64,000 nucleotides of DNA from Squalus acanthias (GCA_030390025.1 JASTWF010000340.1:310001-374000); one strand, 5' to 3'. Numbered from the stretch's first letter, positions 37,896-50,615 are shown. Notes: generated by a model from the sequence alone, not told the origin. Numbers and translations: made by a program.

Positions 37896-38192
37896 ATCTA
37901 CCCAAACCAAATATATCAATGGATTCCAATGTTGTTGTGAAGAGTGGAGAAGTCATCTTTAACTGTACAAGCCCCCGGGAGCTTCCTGGCATCACATTTT
38001 ACTTATACCATCAAGGGGAAACGAATTACTCGGATGTCCAGCCTGCTGCTGCAGGGTGTTATTCTGTCACCTTCACCATCAGGAATATTGATCACGCCGA
38101 AGGAGGAAATCACTCCTGTCTGTATGAAGCGGATGTGAGGGGAAGGCGGCTGACATCAGCGCTGAGTGACCCGGTACATATAACTGTCGGAG
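37896..38192 (+). CDS. Ig-receptor gene 1, membrane-proximal C2-type Ig exon
   Basis: tacag|ATCTACCC...GGAG|gtgagt, 297 nt, phase 1-1; LPKPNIS..VIFNC..FYLYHQG..GGNHSC..SALSDPVHITV; 4 N-glycosylation sequons (NIS, NCT, NYS, NHS). Confidence 0.92.
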
Positions 38193-39133
38193 GTGAGTGA
38201 GATTCACACAGTCTCTGTATTCATCGTACCCCAGTACAAGGAGTTTTTGAGTCATTGCTAGTCCGCATCAGATTTTCTGTTTAAGGATTAAAACTGCCGT
38301 GGAAATGACATCCAGGTGTTAAAATTCTTCTTGGACGGTGTCTCATAGGCCGCCCGCCTTAAACCCCGTTCTATTGAACTGAACAGGCGTGCGATGCGAC
38401 AACGCCCGCTTTTGCCCCAGTGCCCGAATACCCTTTGAGGCTTATTCCCTTAAATGTTCGCTACTTACCGCGTGACTGATGGCAGAATTAAAGCGCTAAT
38501 CGTTGAATGGTTATACTTCTCCAACTCCGATTAAAAGTTTGATTCACTCGCTTTCTCTTGTAGTTCCTCAACGATTCTCTAATTGTCCAAGGTTGCCCCC
38601 TAGGGAAGCTGAGAAAAAAATATATCCACGTTACCGACTTTAACAAAAGGTCATTTTAACATAAAAAGCAAAAAAAAACTATCAGCTGTTTGAAATATAC
38701 AACAGTTCAGTCGGCGTCTGTGGAGAGAGCAGGATGTTCTGACCAAGGCCCGCACCTGAAACTTTAGGTCATCTCATTCTCTCCTCGCATGAGCAGTTTT
38801 GACGCAATGACCAGAATGAAAATACCGAATTAAACTGACTAATTTACACACAGTCTGTTATATTTTTGCCGCCAGCTGGGAAGAGTCGCTTGGTCCCAGA
38901 ACACGGTTAATATCCAATGAAAGAGTAAAATAATTAATGAGGCACCTAATCAATCGAACAATGAGAATGATCTTCGTGCTGCGTCATGATCAACCAGTGA
39001 ATTGTGACGTCACCTGCGTGCCTAACCCCCGCCGACTTTATTACTGATTCGCTGATTTTGCAGCACTGATTTAATGCGGGTCTTTTATAAGAAAAACAGA
39101 GAGGAAGAGAGACAGACTTTGAACATCTGAGGC

Positions 39134-40872
39134 ATAAGAACATAAGAACATAAGAAATAGGAGCAGGAGTAGGCCAATCGGCCCCTCGAGCCTGCTCCGC
39201 CATTCAATAAGATCATGGCTGATCTGATCCTAACCGCCAATCTACTATCTATCACAAAACCATCTCCTGCATCTAACAGAATTGCACACACGAAATAGGA
39301 GCAGAATCAGGCTACACAGTCCCTGGGCCCGCTCCACTACCCACAGGGCCATGACCGATCCGAACCTAGACTCATGTCCAAATTCCTGCCCGCTCCCCGT
39401 AACCCTTAATGCCCTTTACTTCTAGGAAACTGTCTATTTCTGTTTTAAATTTAATTAATGTTGTAGCTTCTACAGCTTTTTGTGGCAGCATATTCCATGG
39501 ACCTACCACCCTCTGAGTGAAGTAGTTCCTCCTCATCTCAGTTTTGAAAGAGCAGCCCCTTATTCTAAGACTATGTCCCCTAGTTCTCGTCTCACCCGTC
39601 ATCGGGAACATCCTCCCCGCATCCACCCGATCCAACCCCTTCACAATCTTATATGTTTCAATAAGATCGCCTCTCATTCTTCTGAACTCCAATGAGTAGA
39701 GTCCCAATCTACCCAACCTCTCCTCATATGACCACCCCCTCATCCCCGGGATTAACCGAGTGAACCTTTTTTGCACTGCCTCGAGAGCAAGGATGTCTTT
39801 CCTTAAGTAAGGACACCAAAACTGTATGCAGTATTCCAGGTGCGGTCTCACCAATACCTTGTACAACTGAAGCAATACCTCCCTATTTTTATATTCTATC
39901 CCCCTAGCAATGAAAGCCAACATTCCATTTGCCTTCTTAATCACTTGCTGCACCTGCATACTAACCTTTTGAGTTTCGTGCACCAGGACCCCCAGATCCC
40001 TTTGCACTTCAGTACTCTCCAGTTTCTTGCCATTAAGATAATAAATTGCTCTAGGATTTTTCCTGCCAAAGTGCATCACCTCACACTTTCCAGTGTTGTA
40101 TTCCATCTGCCAAATCTCTGCCCACTTACTTAGCCTGTCTATGTCCCCTTGCAGGTTTTTTATGTCCTCCTCACTCACTACTTTCCCTCCCATCTTTGTA
40201 TCATCTGCAAATTTTGATATGTTACACTTGGTCCCTTCCTCCAAATCGTTAATATAGATTGTGAAGAGTTGGGGACCCAGCACTGACCCCTGTGGAACAC
40301 CACTAGTTACTGATTGCCAGTCTGAGAATGAACCATTTATCCCAACTCTTTGCTTTCTGTTAGATAGCCAATCCTCTATCCATGCCAGAATATTACCCCC
40401 AATCCCGTGATTTTTTACCTTAAGCAATAATCTTTTGTGTGGCACCTTGTCAAATGCCTTTTGGAAGTCTAAATACACTACGTCCACTGGTTCCCCTTTA
40501 TCCACTCTATATGTTACTTTCTCAAAGAACTCCAGCAAATTTGTCAAACATGACTTCCCCTTCGTAAAACCATGCTGACTTTGTCCTATTAAATTATGAT
40601 TATCCAAATGTCCTGTTACTGTTTCCTTAATAATGGACTCCAAAATTTTACCTACCACAGATGTTAGGCTAACCGGTCTATAGTTACCAGCCTTCTGTCT
40701 ACTGCCCTTTTTAAATAAGGGTGTTACATTAGCAGTTTTCCAGTCTGCCGGGACCTTAGCGGAATCCAGGGAGTTTTGAAAAATTATTACCAATGCATCT
40801 ACAATCCCTACCGCCACTTCCTTCAAGACTCTAGGATGTAAGCCATCAGGTCCAGGTGATTTATCTGCCTTT
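39134..40872 (-). mobile_element. Young 5'-truncated CR1 with uninterrupted RT ORF (39372-40826)
   Basis: 484-aa open RT/C-terminus (YRPVSLTS, QHGF, DFQKAFD, GVPQGS, FADDTK); (CATAAGAA)n tail. Confidence 0.95.
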
Positions 40873-41452
40873 ATCGAAACAGTGCAAATCCAAGGAATCG
40901 CTACAATTAAGTATTGCGAGTGTTGGAAATGCTATGTCATTTTATGTGAAGAGACAAGGGAATCTGGGGTCGTTCACCTTAGAGCAGAGAATGTTAACGG
41001 GAGATTTAATGGAACATTTCAACATGATGAGGGTTTACGATACAGTAGATAAGCAGAAACTGATTCTACTGGCAGGAGGGTCGTTAACCAGAGGGCACAG
41101 ATTTAAGATAACTGGCAAAAAACAGAGGTGAGATGAAGATTCCAAAGGGAACCGGATAAATTCTTGAAAATGAGAAAAAATGCAGGGCTGTGAGGAATGA
41201 GCAGAGTTGTGATACTAATTCTATAGCTATTTCAAAGAGCCAGCACAGGCACGATGGGCGAAATGGACTCATATCGTTCAGTGCAATTCTATGATTTTAT
41301 ATCAACCTTTTAATTGCTTATTTATTTTTTCTGTTTTGGAATTCACTCCGGATCCACTGCCTATTGCTGGCTTCCGTTAAGCTGCAGATTATATATTTTG
41401 TGCAGAAACAGTTGATTAACTTGGTTCCGCTGTTTCCCTTTATCTCATTTAG

Positions 41453-41542
41453 ATAAACCCTTTGCGATGGAGGCTGGTGTTGGCTCTGCTGTGGGTCTGA
41501 TTCTCATCCTTGCTCTGTTGAGTTTGTGCTTCTGGAAGAAAG
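41453..41542 (+). CDS. Ig-receptor gene 1, transmembrane exon
   Basis: tttag|ATAAACCC...AAAG|gtgggt, 90 nt, phase 1-1; DKPFAMEAGVGSAVGLILILALLSLCFWKK. Confidence 0.88.
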
Positions 41543-42465
41543 GTGGGTTAAACAATATGGATTATCCGTCATTGCAGACACACAGACTAAGCTTACTGCC
41601 GCCTCTCTACTTACCCAGTACTAACAACCTCCTCCAACCATCTTCCACTGGACCCCTAACCTCGGACTGTAAATATTAGGAAATCGTAGACTGACAGGTG
41701 AAATAGCGAAGGTCGAAGCTGAAAGGGACCTGGGTAGAAATGCGTCTTTGATGGAAGCACATAACGGGAGGACTTTAATCGGCCGCCTGTTATAGGCTCC
41801 GTCCGATATTTAGCACCATTGATTTCAATAGAATGTAGATTTAATCGTACAATGGGCGGCTCAAACCTGCCGCCACTTTTGCGCTACTGCATTACTTGGG
41901 CACAAATGTGTCTTGCTTGATAGTGCAAGATGGAGGATATCACATTGGCCACCTGTGATATGCCCCATCTGAGGAACTGAATGTACTGTCTGGTGTACAA
42001 CAGGCAGAGCGAGCGATACCGCCCATTTTGCTTCACCAGTCAAGAGCAATTCCAACCCACAGTGTCACATTATGAAGAATGAATCGAGAAACTCGGTAAT
42101 CAAGTCTGGAAGGAGACGGATGAGAGGTGATTTTGTGGAGGTGGTGCGGGTAGTACATGAATATGGAAGAGGAAAATCTGGACCACAGGCATGGAATGAA
42201 AATTTCGTGCAGCGGAGCGGGAAATCGGCGTTGTGTACAACGGAAGTCCTGCCTGAATTCGCCCGTTGCCCACCGACGGGTTAGGTTAAAATTACACCCT
42301 TCGTGTTTCTTCATAAAACATTTGGTGGTTGTGTCGGACTGTTATGGTGCTGGGGCAAAAGTTTCTGAGTCCGAAAGACCTTTTCTGCTCTTTGACTTTT
42401 CTCATATTCCTATTTTCTAATCCAGTATTTGGCTCAGATTTCTAACACTTACATTTTCTTCTCAG

Positions 42466-42493
42466 GGAAGTGGAGAAGCAGCAGAGAAATGTG
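42466..42493 (+). CDS. Ig-receptor gene 1, cytoplasmic exon C1 (GKWRSSREM)
   Basis: ttttcttctcag|GG...TG|gtaaga, 28 nt, phase 1-2. Confidence 0.75.
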
Positions 42494-42619
42494 GTAAGAA
42501 CATTAAGTGTTGTATTTTCAATTTCAACCAAACTGGACCAAGATAATGCTCAGAACCAAACGTTCCGGAAATATTGTAACCTGTATACATGGCATCATTT
42601 GCATATTAGAAAAAAGCTC

Positions 42620-43675
42620 CTCACGCACACACTCCAACACACAATTAGACATATATACATACACACACTCACAAATACATATACATATATACACAGACTT
42701 GTATACATAATCACAAACATGCACACACACAACACATATATATGCTCATACGTTCATTCAAAGACACAGACATTCACTCGACCTAAAGCATACACTCACA
42801 CTCAAACACACACTCATATTAAAGCACACATACACACACTAACGCACACCCTCATGTTAAAACACACATACACACACTCAAACACACAAACATATTAAAA
42901 CACACAGACACACACTCAAACACACACTCATATTAAAGCACACATACACACACTAACACACACCCTCATGTTAAAACACACAGACACACATTCAAACACA
43001 CATTCATGTTAAAACACACACACACACACACTCAAACACCCACTCATATTAAAACACACACACACACTCAAACACCCACTCATATTAAAACACACACACA
43101 CAGTCAAACACACACTCATATTAAAACACACACACACTCAAACAACCACTCATATTAAAACACACACACACACGCAAACACGCACTCATATTAAAGCACA
43201 CACACACAGTCAAACAAACACTCATATTAAAACACACACACACACTCAAACACCCACTCATATTAAAGCACACATACACACACTAACACACACCCTCATG
43301 TTAAAACACACAGACACACACAGTCAAACACACACTCATATTAAAACACACACACACAGTCAAACACACACTCATATTAAAACACACACACACTCAACCA
43401 CCCACTCATATTAAAACACACACACACACACGCAAACACACACTCATATTAAAGCACACATACACACACTCAAACACTCACTCATGTTAAAACACACACA
43501 TACTCAAACACACACACATATTAAAGCACACATACACACACTCAAACACACACTCATATTAAAACACACATAAACACACTCAAACACACCCTCATATTAA
43601 AACAGACAGAAACACACTCATATTAAAACACACAAACACACACACAATCACACACATTCAAACACACTCAAACAC
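42620..43675. repeat. CA-rich compound minisatellite
   Basis: Recurrent ACTCATATTAAAA(CA)nCTCAAACAC units of ~30 bp. Confidence 0.9.
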
Positions 43676-43892
43676 TAATCCAGGCAGGTTTCACTTACTT
43701 CAATCATTTTGCTTGCATCTGCTCTAAATCCCTTTAAATGTGTTATTATTCAATATCTCATTAAGCTATAGCCTTTCTCATCTGGGATCCCATACTAACG
43801 ATAGGTCAATGAGAGAAGAAATCCCTCTGTGTGCTCACTGAAACGATATCGCGAAACCGTTTGTGACGATTTCATCAAATTCTTATTTTTAG

Positions 43893-43931
43893 CCCAATGG
43901 AAACTGTGCGCGACAAAAAGATTATCCAACG
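43893..43931 (+). CDS. Ig-receptor gene 1, cytoplasmic exon C2 (CPMETVRDKKIIQ)
   Basis: ttatttttag|C...CG|gtagga, 39 nt, phase 2-2. Confidence 0.65.
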
Positions 43932-44235
43932 GTAGGAAATATTCACAAACTATTTAACGGTGCCGCTCCACATGGTGAGAGCAGGAGATAGGTCCTCATT
44001 CATCGCCCTAGGCGTCAAACAAATCATTAGTTCAAGGGTAACAAAGTAACATTCCAAGGAATAACCTGTCCTGGGAACAGTTGGATAAACACATGTTCCA
44101 GGACGTGGGCAGAGAGACACTTCTACATAGAACACGGGATCCATGTCTGAAATCCAATCAACACCTTTCTCAAGAATTTAATGACCTGTGCCATCGAAAA
44201 TAAAATGATTGATTGACGATGTATGTTGTTTTAAG

Positions 44236-44279
44236 GAACACAGCGCCACCTGGTGACCAAAGCAGTGAGACCATAACAT
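44236..44279 (+). CDS. Ig-receptor gene 1, cytoplasmic exon C3 (RNTAPPGDQSSETIT)
   Basis: gttttaag|G...ACAT|gtaagt, 44 nt, phase 2-1. Confidence 0.75.
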
Positions 44280-45053
44280 GTAAGTTCAGTTTTGTATTCG
44301 TGCAACCAGAATTCCTGTTAGCATTTAGCTTGTTTTGCAGTTAACGAAAAGGTATGAGACAACGTTATTACTTCATTTCTATTAACCGTTTGTAGACTTT
44401 TTATTGTATTTAGCAACACAACTGTGAAACACATATACTGTCAATCATTCTGAAACATTTAGTGCATCTGACCAAGAATCAAAATAAACTCCGAATTTAT
44501 ATTTTCATCATTCAATTAAAGTGATGTTTCAGACAGGGAGTGATGAGCGAGTGTAGTCAACAGATGCAGAGAGGATAGTCGGAAAGAGATCGTTGGACCC
44601 CGGTACATAGATGTAAACCAAACCCCTATTTACTTCCGACCCACTGTGCTTATTTGTTTATAATAGGAAGTCTGATCATGCGTTGTTCAAAATATTTATA
44701 TATTTACTGAAAAGTAGTAAAATAGTTGGCTAATGCTGAAGCAAGTAGAGTCGGTGATAGCATCACAGGTTTTTGCAAACATGCTGAGAAGTTGCACCAC
44801 GCCACCACTGGTGGATAGCTGTAATTACAGCATGGCCAATTTCTATCGGCAGATTTTGATTCTGCAAGTGAATAGAGCAGATAATTTAAAATGGACAACG
44901 TGAAGCAAAAGTGTGACAACTGATTACAATCGGAAGTGCGTTTTTATAAAGAGCACACATAAGATTTTTATTGTACTGCTCATCGAATTCGCAGCGCATT
45001 GGGCACGTGTTGTTCGGACTATGTAAGGATTTCAAGTGCAGAATTGCAGAGTC

Positions 45054-45220
45054 TTCTTCTTCTTCTTAGGCAGTCACTCGGAACCGAGGATGACTTACTT
45101 CCACACTAAAAATGAGTTCTCAGGTGACTCAGGAGTCCAATGCGGGACCTACAATCTCTGTCACAGGTGGGGCAGACGTTGGTTGAAGGGGCGGGTTGGT
45201 GGGGTGCTTGGATTGACGTG
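45054..45220 (-). mobile_element. RTE-clade LINE 3' end
   Basis: (TTC)n tail; inverse homologue of ~51780-51945. Confidence 0.75.
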
Positions 45221-46112
45221 CGCTCATTTCACTTTTTGCTATTCTAGGGTAGTGGATTACTGGACCAGGGTACACAGATATAATCACATTCCAATGCTGG
45301 CAGTCTTTCCATTTTGTACAATACTTCACATTTTATTATTATTTAACATGAAATTGCAAAACCATTGCCAAATTATGAAGCTAACACATCGGGTTGGATG
45401 GAGCATCGATCTTCCTCTACAGTACAGGTTAATGTGCTATAGTGCTGCCAGTGGTGAGACGGTGTAACTACAGTGTGAGAAATTTACACAGAATGTTTCC
45501 AGCATAAATGTTCACATAGGTTATTATAATGAAAAAAGATTGAACAAAAAGGATGACAGAATCTTTACAACAGGAAGTAAGATTGTGTTGACAGGTAGCA
45601 AGATGCCTGCATTATGTTAATATGCAAAAGCCATATAAATATTTTGGAATTTAGTATTTCCTTATTCAAATTGCTAAAATTATTATCATGGATAAAAATA
45701 CATTAATATTGAACAATCGATGCAGTTTAGCACTCATTGAGATCACAGGACATACAATAATAGACAAGCTATCGCTGCATCACTGATTTTCCGAGAAACA
45801 TCAAGTCACAAAGTTCATATCCACTGCCCATGTCGAGAGAAACCTCGGCCAAACCATCCACTCCCTGGAGAAGGAGAGGAAGTGGGAAGGGAAGCTCAGC
45901 ATAGGAGGTCCATTCACTTCCTATTCGGTAGTCAAATACCCATTGGTGGTTGTCAATGACCAGCTGGTTCCCACTATTGAGAGTGGAGATTCTGTCCCAT
46001 CAATATGATGATCAACAAAACCTCCATAGGCATAAAAATGTTTAATAAAAGAGGGAAATGCTTTTAGTATTTAAACATCAATCCAGCCTTTTTTGTGTTT
46101 TGTTTTATTTAG

Positions 46113-46153
46113 ATACTGTTCTTAATCTGCAAACATTGCCGAGAGAAAACGCT
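46113..46153 (+). CDS. Ig-receptor gene 1, cytoplasmic exon C4 (YTVLNLQTLPRENA), completes ITIM1 ITYTVL
   Basis: gttttatttag|AT...GCT|gtaagt, 41 nt, phase 1-0. Confidence 0.8.
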
Positions 46154-47207
46154 GTAAGTTATAAATGCACTGCGACGTTATTGTTTCCATTGATTTTGTA
46201 TTTTATCTCGCTCATTCCTGCTCCTGGAAATATGTTTCCAAATATGTTGTTGCTTTCTCTCACAGAGTTCTTGTTCTTTTGATATGTCACAATTGTCTTG
46301 TCCAGTAATTAATATTCATGAGGCCAAATACGTTTTTGATCACACTTCAACAGGTCTTAAAACGGCGACAGAAAAATGTCCAATAAAGAATAGTGAACGG
46401 ATATCTGTTTGTCTAAGCGGATTGAACAATTTATTTCCAATAGAACACGAATCTTTGCAGGGTGAGGCGTAGATTTGCTCCCGCTATAGGAACTGAAGGG
46501 AAATGTCAGAGTTCAATTACCACGAATGCAGCTGCAAATACACTCCTGTTCAACCGAATCTGGACAGTGTACAGCAGTTACAGTTTAACTCTTGGTTAAT
46601 GTGTGGAATATGCAGAGCATTGTGATGTAAACAAGAATATTTTCAATTTCCCCACTGAACCGGTGTGCGGTTTCCAGGTCTTACACCCACCATCGTTGTA
46701 TCCGCCTGGAATGTTAAGTTGTCCCTTCATTTTCTGATGCAGTCAGAAATAGCCGCTGGAACCTTTGAGTTAGAGTGGGCGAAAACGGTGATCTGGATTC
46801 AGCCGTCCATTGTAAACCCTCCCAATTTCCCTTTGCATCGAAGTCAATGTGACCGGTGGCCGAACCCTTATCGCCCCTTTAGCGCCTCTGATCAAGTAGA
46901 AAGTTCCTACCGCTCTCTGTTTCCAGCATCTCCTGTTTCCCTGCTGCTGCTCGAGAGTCCCTTCTTCCTTTTAAACAAACAGCATTACCTGAGGTGATTA
47001 CTTCATCTGAAAATGTAACTCTCAGCAGACAGTTAATACCCTGTAGAGCAGCGGAATATTCCCCATTAACCACTGCTCAATGGAACAACGCCGCTTTTGA
47101 CATTTTCGGCTTCTGCCGCGAAGCATCTGCTGATAGAATTTCGCTGAACTGTTACCAGGGTGTAGTTGTTCGATTGAATTTCTGACCAATTGCACCGTTT
47201 ATTTCAG

Positions 47208-47273
47208 CGTCAGCGAGACACCGTCATAACCCTCGGTGAGGACTCCGTCATTTACGCAGCGGTGAAGCTGTAG
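47208..47273 (+). CDS. Ig-receptor gene 1, last coding exon (RQRDTVITLGEDSVIYAAVKL*), ITIM2 VIYAAV
   Basis: tttatttcag|CGT...CTG TAG; candidate AATAAA at 48233. Confidence 0.85.
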   Translation, partial: RQRDTVITLGEDSVIYAAVKL

Positions 47274-48899
47274 AACATTTGCAGATCTCCCGGACACCAG
47301 GCTCGCCCATCTCAACAGTGCCGGGCAATGTGATGGTCATCAGCATTTCACCCATTACAATATTATCCAGAGAGACTTTGTGTTTGGAAATAGCCATCTA
47401 TAGAAATGTTATCTGAGAGAAGTGTCCGACCCCACTCCTGGCAATTAGTTTAATTTGCACCTAATTTAAACGACTATTTTGGAACATGGTAACCAGGAGC
47501 AGGACATTCTATGGAATGAGATCCTGGTTGATCTGAACCTCAACTCCATTTACCTGGATTCCGCTCAAACATTTGATACCCTGACCTAAAAAAAGCTGTT
47601 CATTCTCAATCTCGAAATCTCCTATTGTCCCCCAGCACACAGTGCTTTTATGCGGGTAAAGTTCCAAATTTCTACAAATTTTGTGTGAAAGTGTGCTTCC
47701 TGAATTTGCTTCTGCGCGGCCTAACTCTAATTTTAAGATTAGATTGTGAAAAATTTAATTACCAGAAAAAATTGTTCAACTGTATCCAACCTATCAGATA
47801 GTTTAAACATTTTAAGGGCCATGATTAATTTATACAATTATCTCCTGCACTCAAGGGAAAACAATCCAAGTCAATGCAACCTGTCCTCAGAATTTAACCC
47901 TCTAATCCCCGGTATCATTTTGAGGAACTGCTCTGCACCACCCCCAAAGCCAATGTATTTTTCCTGAATTACGAGGCCCTGAACTAACCGCAGTATTCCA
48001 AATTGGGTCTGACCAAGGATTTGTACAACTCAATCTTAAATTCCATCCTTTTTTTCCATGTTCATTGAGATAATTGTGACTGAATCGCTGCTTCTGCGTA
48101 GCCGGCCGCAAAATGCAAGCTTGACCCCAATCCATGAATTTGAATAATCGATTAACCACGAGATTGGGGGTTGCAAAATTTTGCGAATACTTTCGGACAC
48201 ACCATGCAGCAGGAGGGAAGAAGCGGTACTTTAATAAAAATAAACCTTCTTACTAAGCTTGCACATTGCAGAACGGATCTCACTTTGGGGAAATTAGAAT
48301 AGATTAGTAAACATCATGAGCATCTTTGCCATCTCCTTTACTGCTGGAGTTTGCTCCAGGAAGTGACATCTGCTCTAAATAAATTAGTGTAAAATTTGTT
48401 TTTGCTTTTACTGACTGGGCGTTAATTTTCACCTGAGCGGAGCAGCGAAAGGTAAATATGGTGCGGAAAATCGCGCGCAACTTGAGGAAAGGGATTTACT
48501 TTCCTTTCATTGATAGTAAAGGGGTTTTATTCTGTTAAAACTGTGCGATTCCACGCAGCCCCGCCAGATTTTACTCTCTGTGCTCCGCCCGGGTGATGTT
48601 TTGTTGCAGGAAATAATTATTACTATTAACGGCATTGAAGATGATTTAATAACTTTATAAGATCATACGCGTTTGATCGTACAGCAATGGCATGCTTGCA
48701 ATATCTGAATAAATGCATTACAGTTTCACAGAGGTCTATTGACACAGTACTGGTGTTTGTGTATTTACCACAAGGCCCCATGAGATTGGAAAGTTCAACA
48801 ACAACAACTTGCATTAATATCTTTTCCTTAACATAGTAAAACGGTCCAAGGCGGCTCACAGGAAAGTAATCAGAAAAAAATCGAGATCGAGATATATGA

Positions 48900-49330
48900 G
48901 ACGATATATTTTGCTTGATTCCCCTAGAGTCAAAAATCAATGCAGCTCAGCCTTGAATATGCTCAACCATTCAGCATCCACAGCTCTCTGGGGTAGAGAA
49001 TTCCAAAGATTCAAAGCCATCTGAATGAAGATATTTCTCCTCATCTCAATCTTAAATGACCGGCCACTTATCCTGAGATTATGTTTCCTACTTCTGGACT
49101 CTCCAGCCTTGAGTAACAACTTCTTAACATCTGCCCTGTCAATCTCCAACAGAATTGTATTTGTTACAGTGAGATCACCTCCCATTCTTCTAAACACCAG
49201 AGAGTACAGGCCCAATCAACACAATCTCTCCTTAGAGGACAACCTTCTCATCCCAGGAATGAATCTATTAACCCTTTGTTGCGATGCTCCAAAGGCAAGT
49301 ATCTCCTTGCTCAGATAAGAAGACCAAAAT
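48900..49330 (-). mobile_element. CR1 3' fragment
   Basis: GLYSLVFRRMGGDL..LWNSLPQRAV. Confidence 0.8.
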
Positions 49331-49630
49331 TGGATGAGATGTTAAACCGAGGCCCCGCCAACCCTCTCCGGTAGACATAAAGTTTCCCATGGCACTATTA
49401 GATAAATCGCAGCGGAGTACTCCCCGGTGTTCTGGACAATGTTTATCTCTCAACCAACATCATTAAAACAGATCATCTCGACATTATCACATTGCTATTT
49501 CTGGGACCTTGCTGTGCAAAATTCGATGCCGCGTTTCCGACATTGCAACAGTGACTGCACTTCAAAATGTACTTCATTGACTGTAACGTGTGTACTGAGG
49601 TCGTGAAATGGAAGACTTCCTTTTTTCTTT
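49331..49630 (+). mobile_element. Deu-domain SINE, 3' portion
   Basis: GGATGAGATGTTAAACCGAGGCCCC..CCCATGGCACTA..CACATTGCT..ACTTCAAAA; inverse of the 53786-54141 family. Confidence 0.75.
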
Positions 49631-50127
49631 CTACTGAACCAGGGTGGCAATACCTTTCCCCCTAAAGCGCCCTAAAAGGCCATACTTTCCGCCCTCTTTC
49701 CCGTCCAAATGTTTCCTCTAAGGGGCGGCTAAGCCGATATCGCCCATTTTACACTCGCGCCAAAAGGTAAATTACAAACTTTGTGTGGAGCAGCGGTCAG
49801 CGGCCTTGCAAAAGCGAGATCTGAAGACTGGGCTGAAATTTGAACTGTGATTCAGAAAGTGAGAGGACCAATCACAGGGAGCCAATGAGGAACAACAGGG
49901 GCGGCTCGCTCGCCGTGGACACCGTCACATATTCCGGCACTACCCGTTGTTGGTCCAGGTTTCGTGAACTGAGCTGTTTCCAGGAGCCTGAGATCAAGTC
50001 CTGCTGCGGTATAATTAAATCATTGGAGGCGATGAGTCTGCGGGAGAGGCGCTCAAAGAAGCAAACAGCAGCCATCAGAGAGTAGCGCTCCCCTCTCTGT
50101 CCAAAGTTTGCGTGCTAAGCTGTCAGT

Positions 50128-50200
50128 GGGGATGTCGCTCAGTGTTAGAGCGCATGCTTTGAATGTACGAGATCTCGTGTTCTAATCTTAAGCCTCTCCA
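50128..50200 (+). pseudogene. tRNA-Ala-derived pseudogene (anticodon mutated to TGA, T-arm broken)
   Basis: GGGGATGTCGCTCAGTGTTAGAGCGCATGCTTTGAATGTACGAG..CTCCA vs vertebrate tRNA-Ala(TGC). Confidence 0.8.
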
Positions 50201-50615
50201 ACCACTTTGTGATGCCAATTGTGAATGTAATTTCTATTGTCTCTCACCGAAAACCAGCTGCCCAGCGATGCCGAGGGCTCACTGCTTTTAAATCGCTTTC
50301 TGTTCACAAGGTTTCTGCTCCTCTTTGAACATTTCAAAAACAGGTCTGTGGCATAAATGCAATGGCGAACGTTCAGTGTCCAAGCTGAAATCCGATCGCT
50401 GAATCAGAAAGTGCAGATGGAAGAACCACAGGGAGTCAAAAAGGAATAAGAGCAGTGGCTGCTCGCTCAGCATTGTGACGTCACACAATCCGGTCAGTAT
50501 GGGACTCAGCGGGTGAAGACCAGCTCCGGCCAATTGAATGTTTCTGGAGCCACAGATGTTGGAACCTGCGGCCGTCATATAGCAACTTTCAGCAACTGTG
50601 GTTAAAACGAATGCT

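Noticed and set aside
29338..38192. Rearranging Ig/TCR/IgNAR V segments
   Set aside because: Short C2-type domains without the C-strand Trp, ending in splice donors; no RSS heptamer/nonamer seen
41760..42300. CpG-rich MITE-like patches (also ~34850-35295, 38300-38480, 46690-46900, 48400-48600, 49650-49800)
   Set aside because: Probably old DNA-transposon relics, but TIRs and TSDs could not be fixed by eye
44533..44545. Alternative terminal exon giving ITYRE* (ITIM-less isoform)
   Set aside because: Weak polypyrimidine tract and no other support
49860..50085. CCAAT/GC-box/TATA-like promoter with a short basic ORF
   Set aside because: ORF is short with no recognisable homology or splice structure; motifs may be chance
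50128..50200. Anticodon-switched tRNA (Ala body, TGA anticodon)
   Set aside because: D- and T-arms carry several disabling changes and the B-box is broken; decay is the simpler explanation
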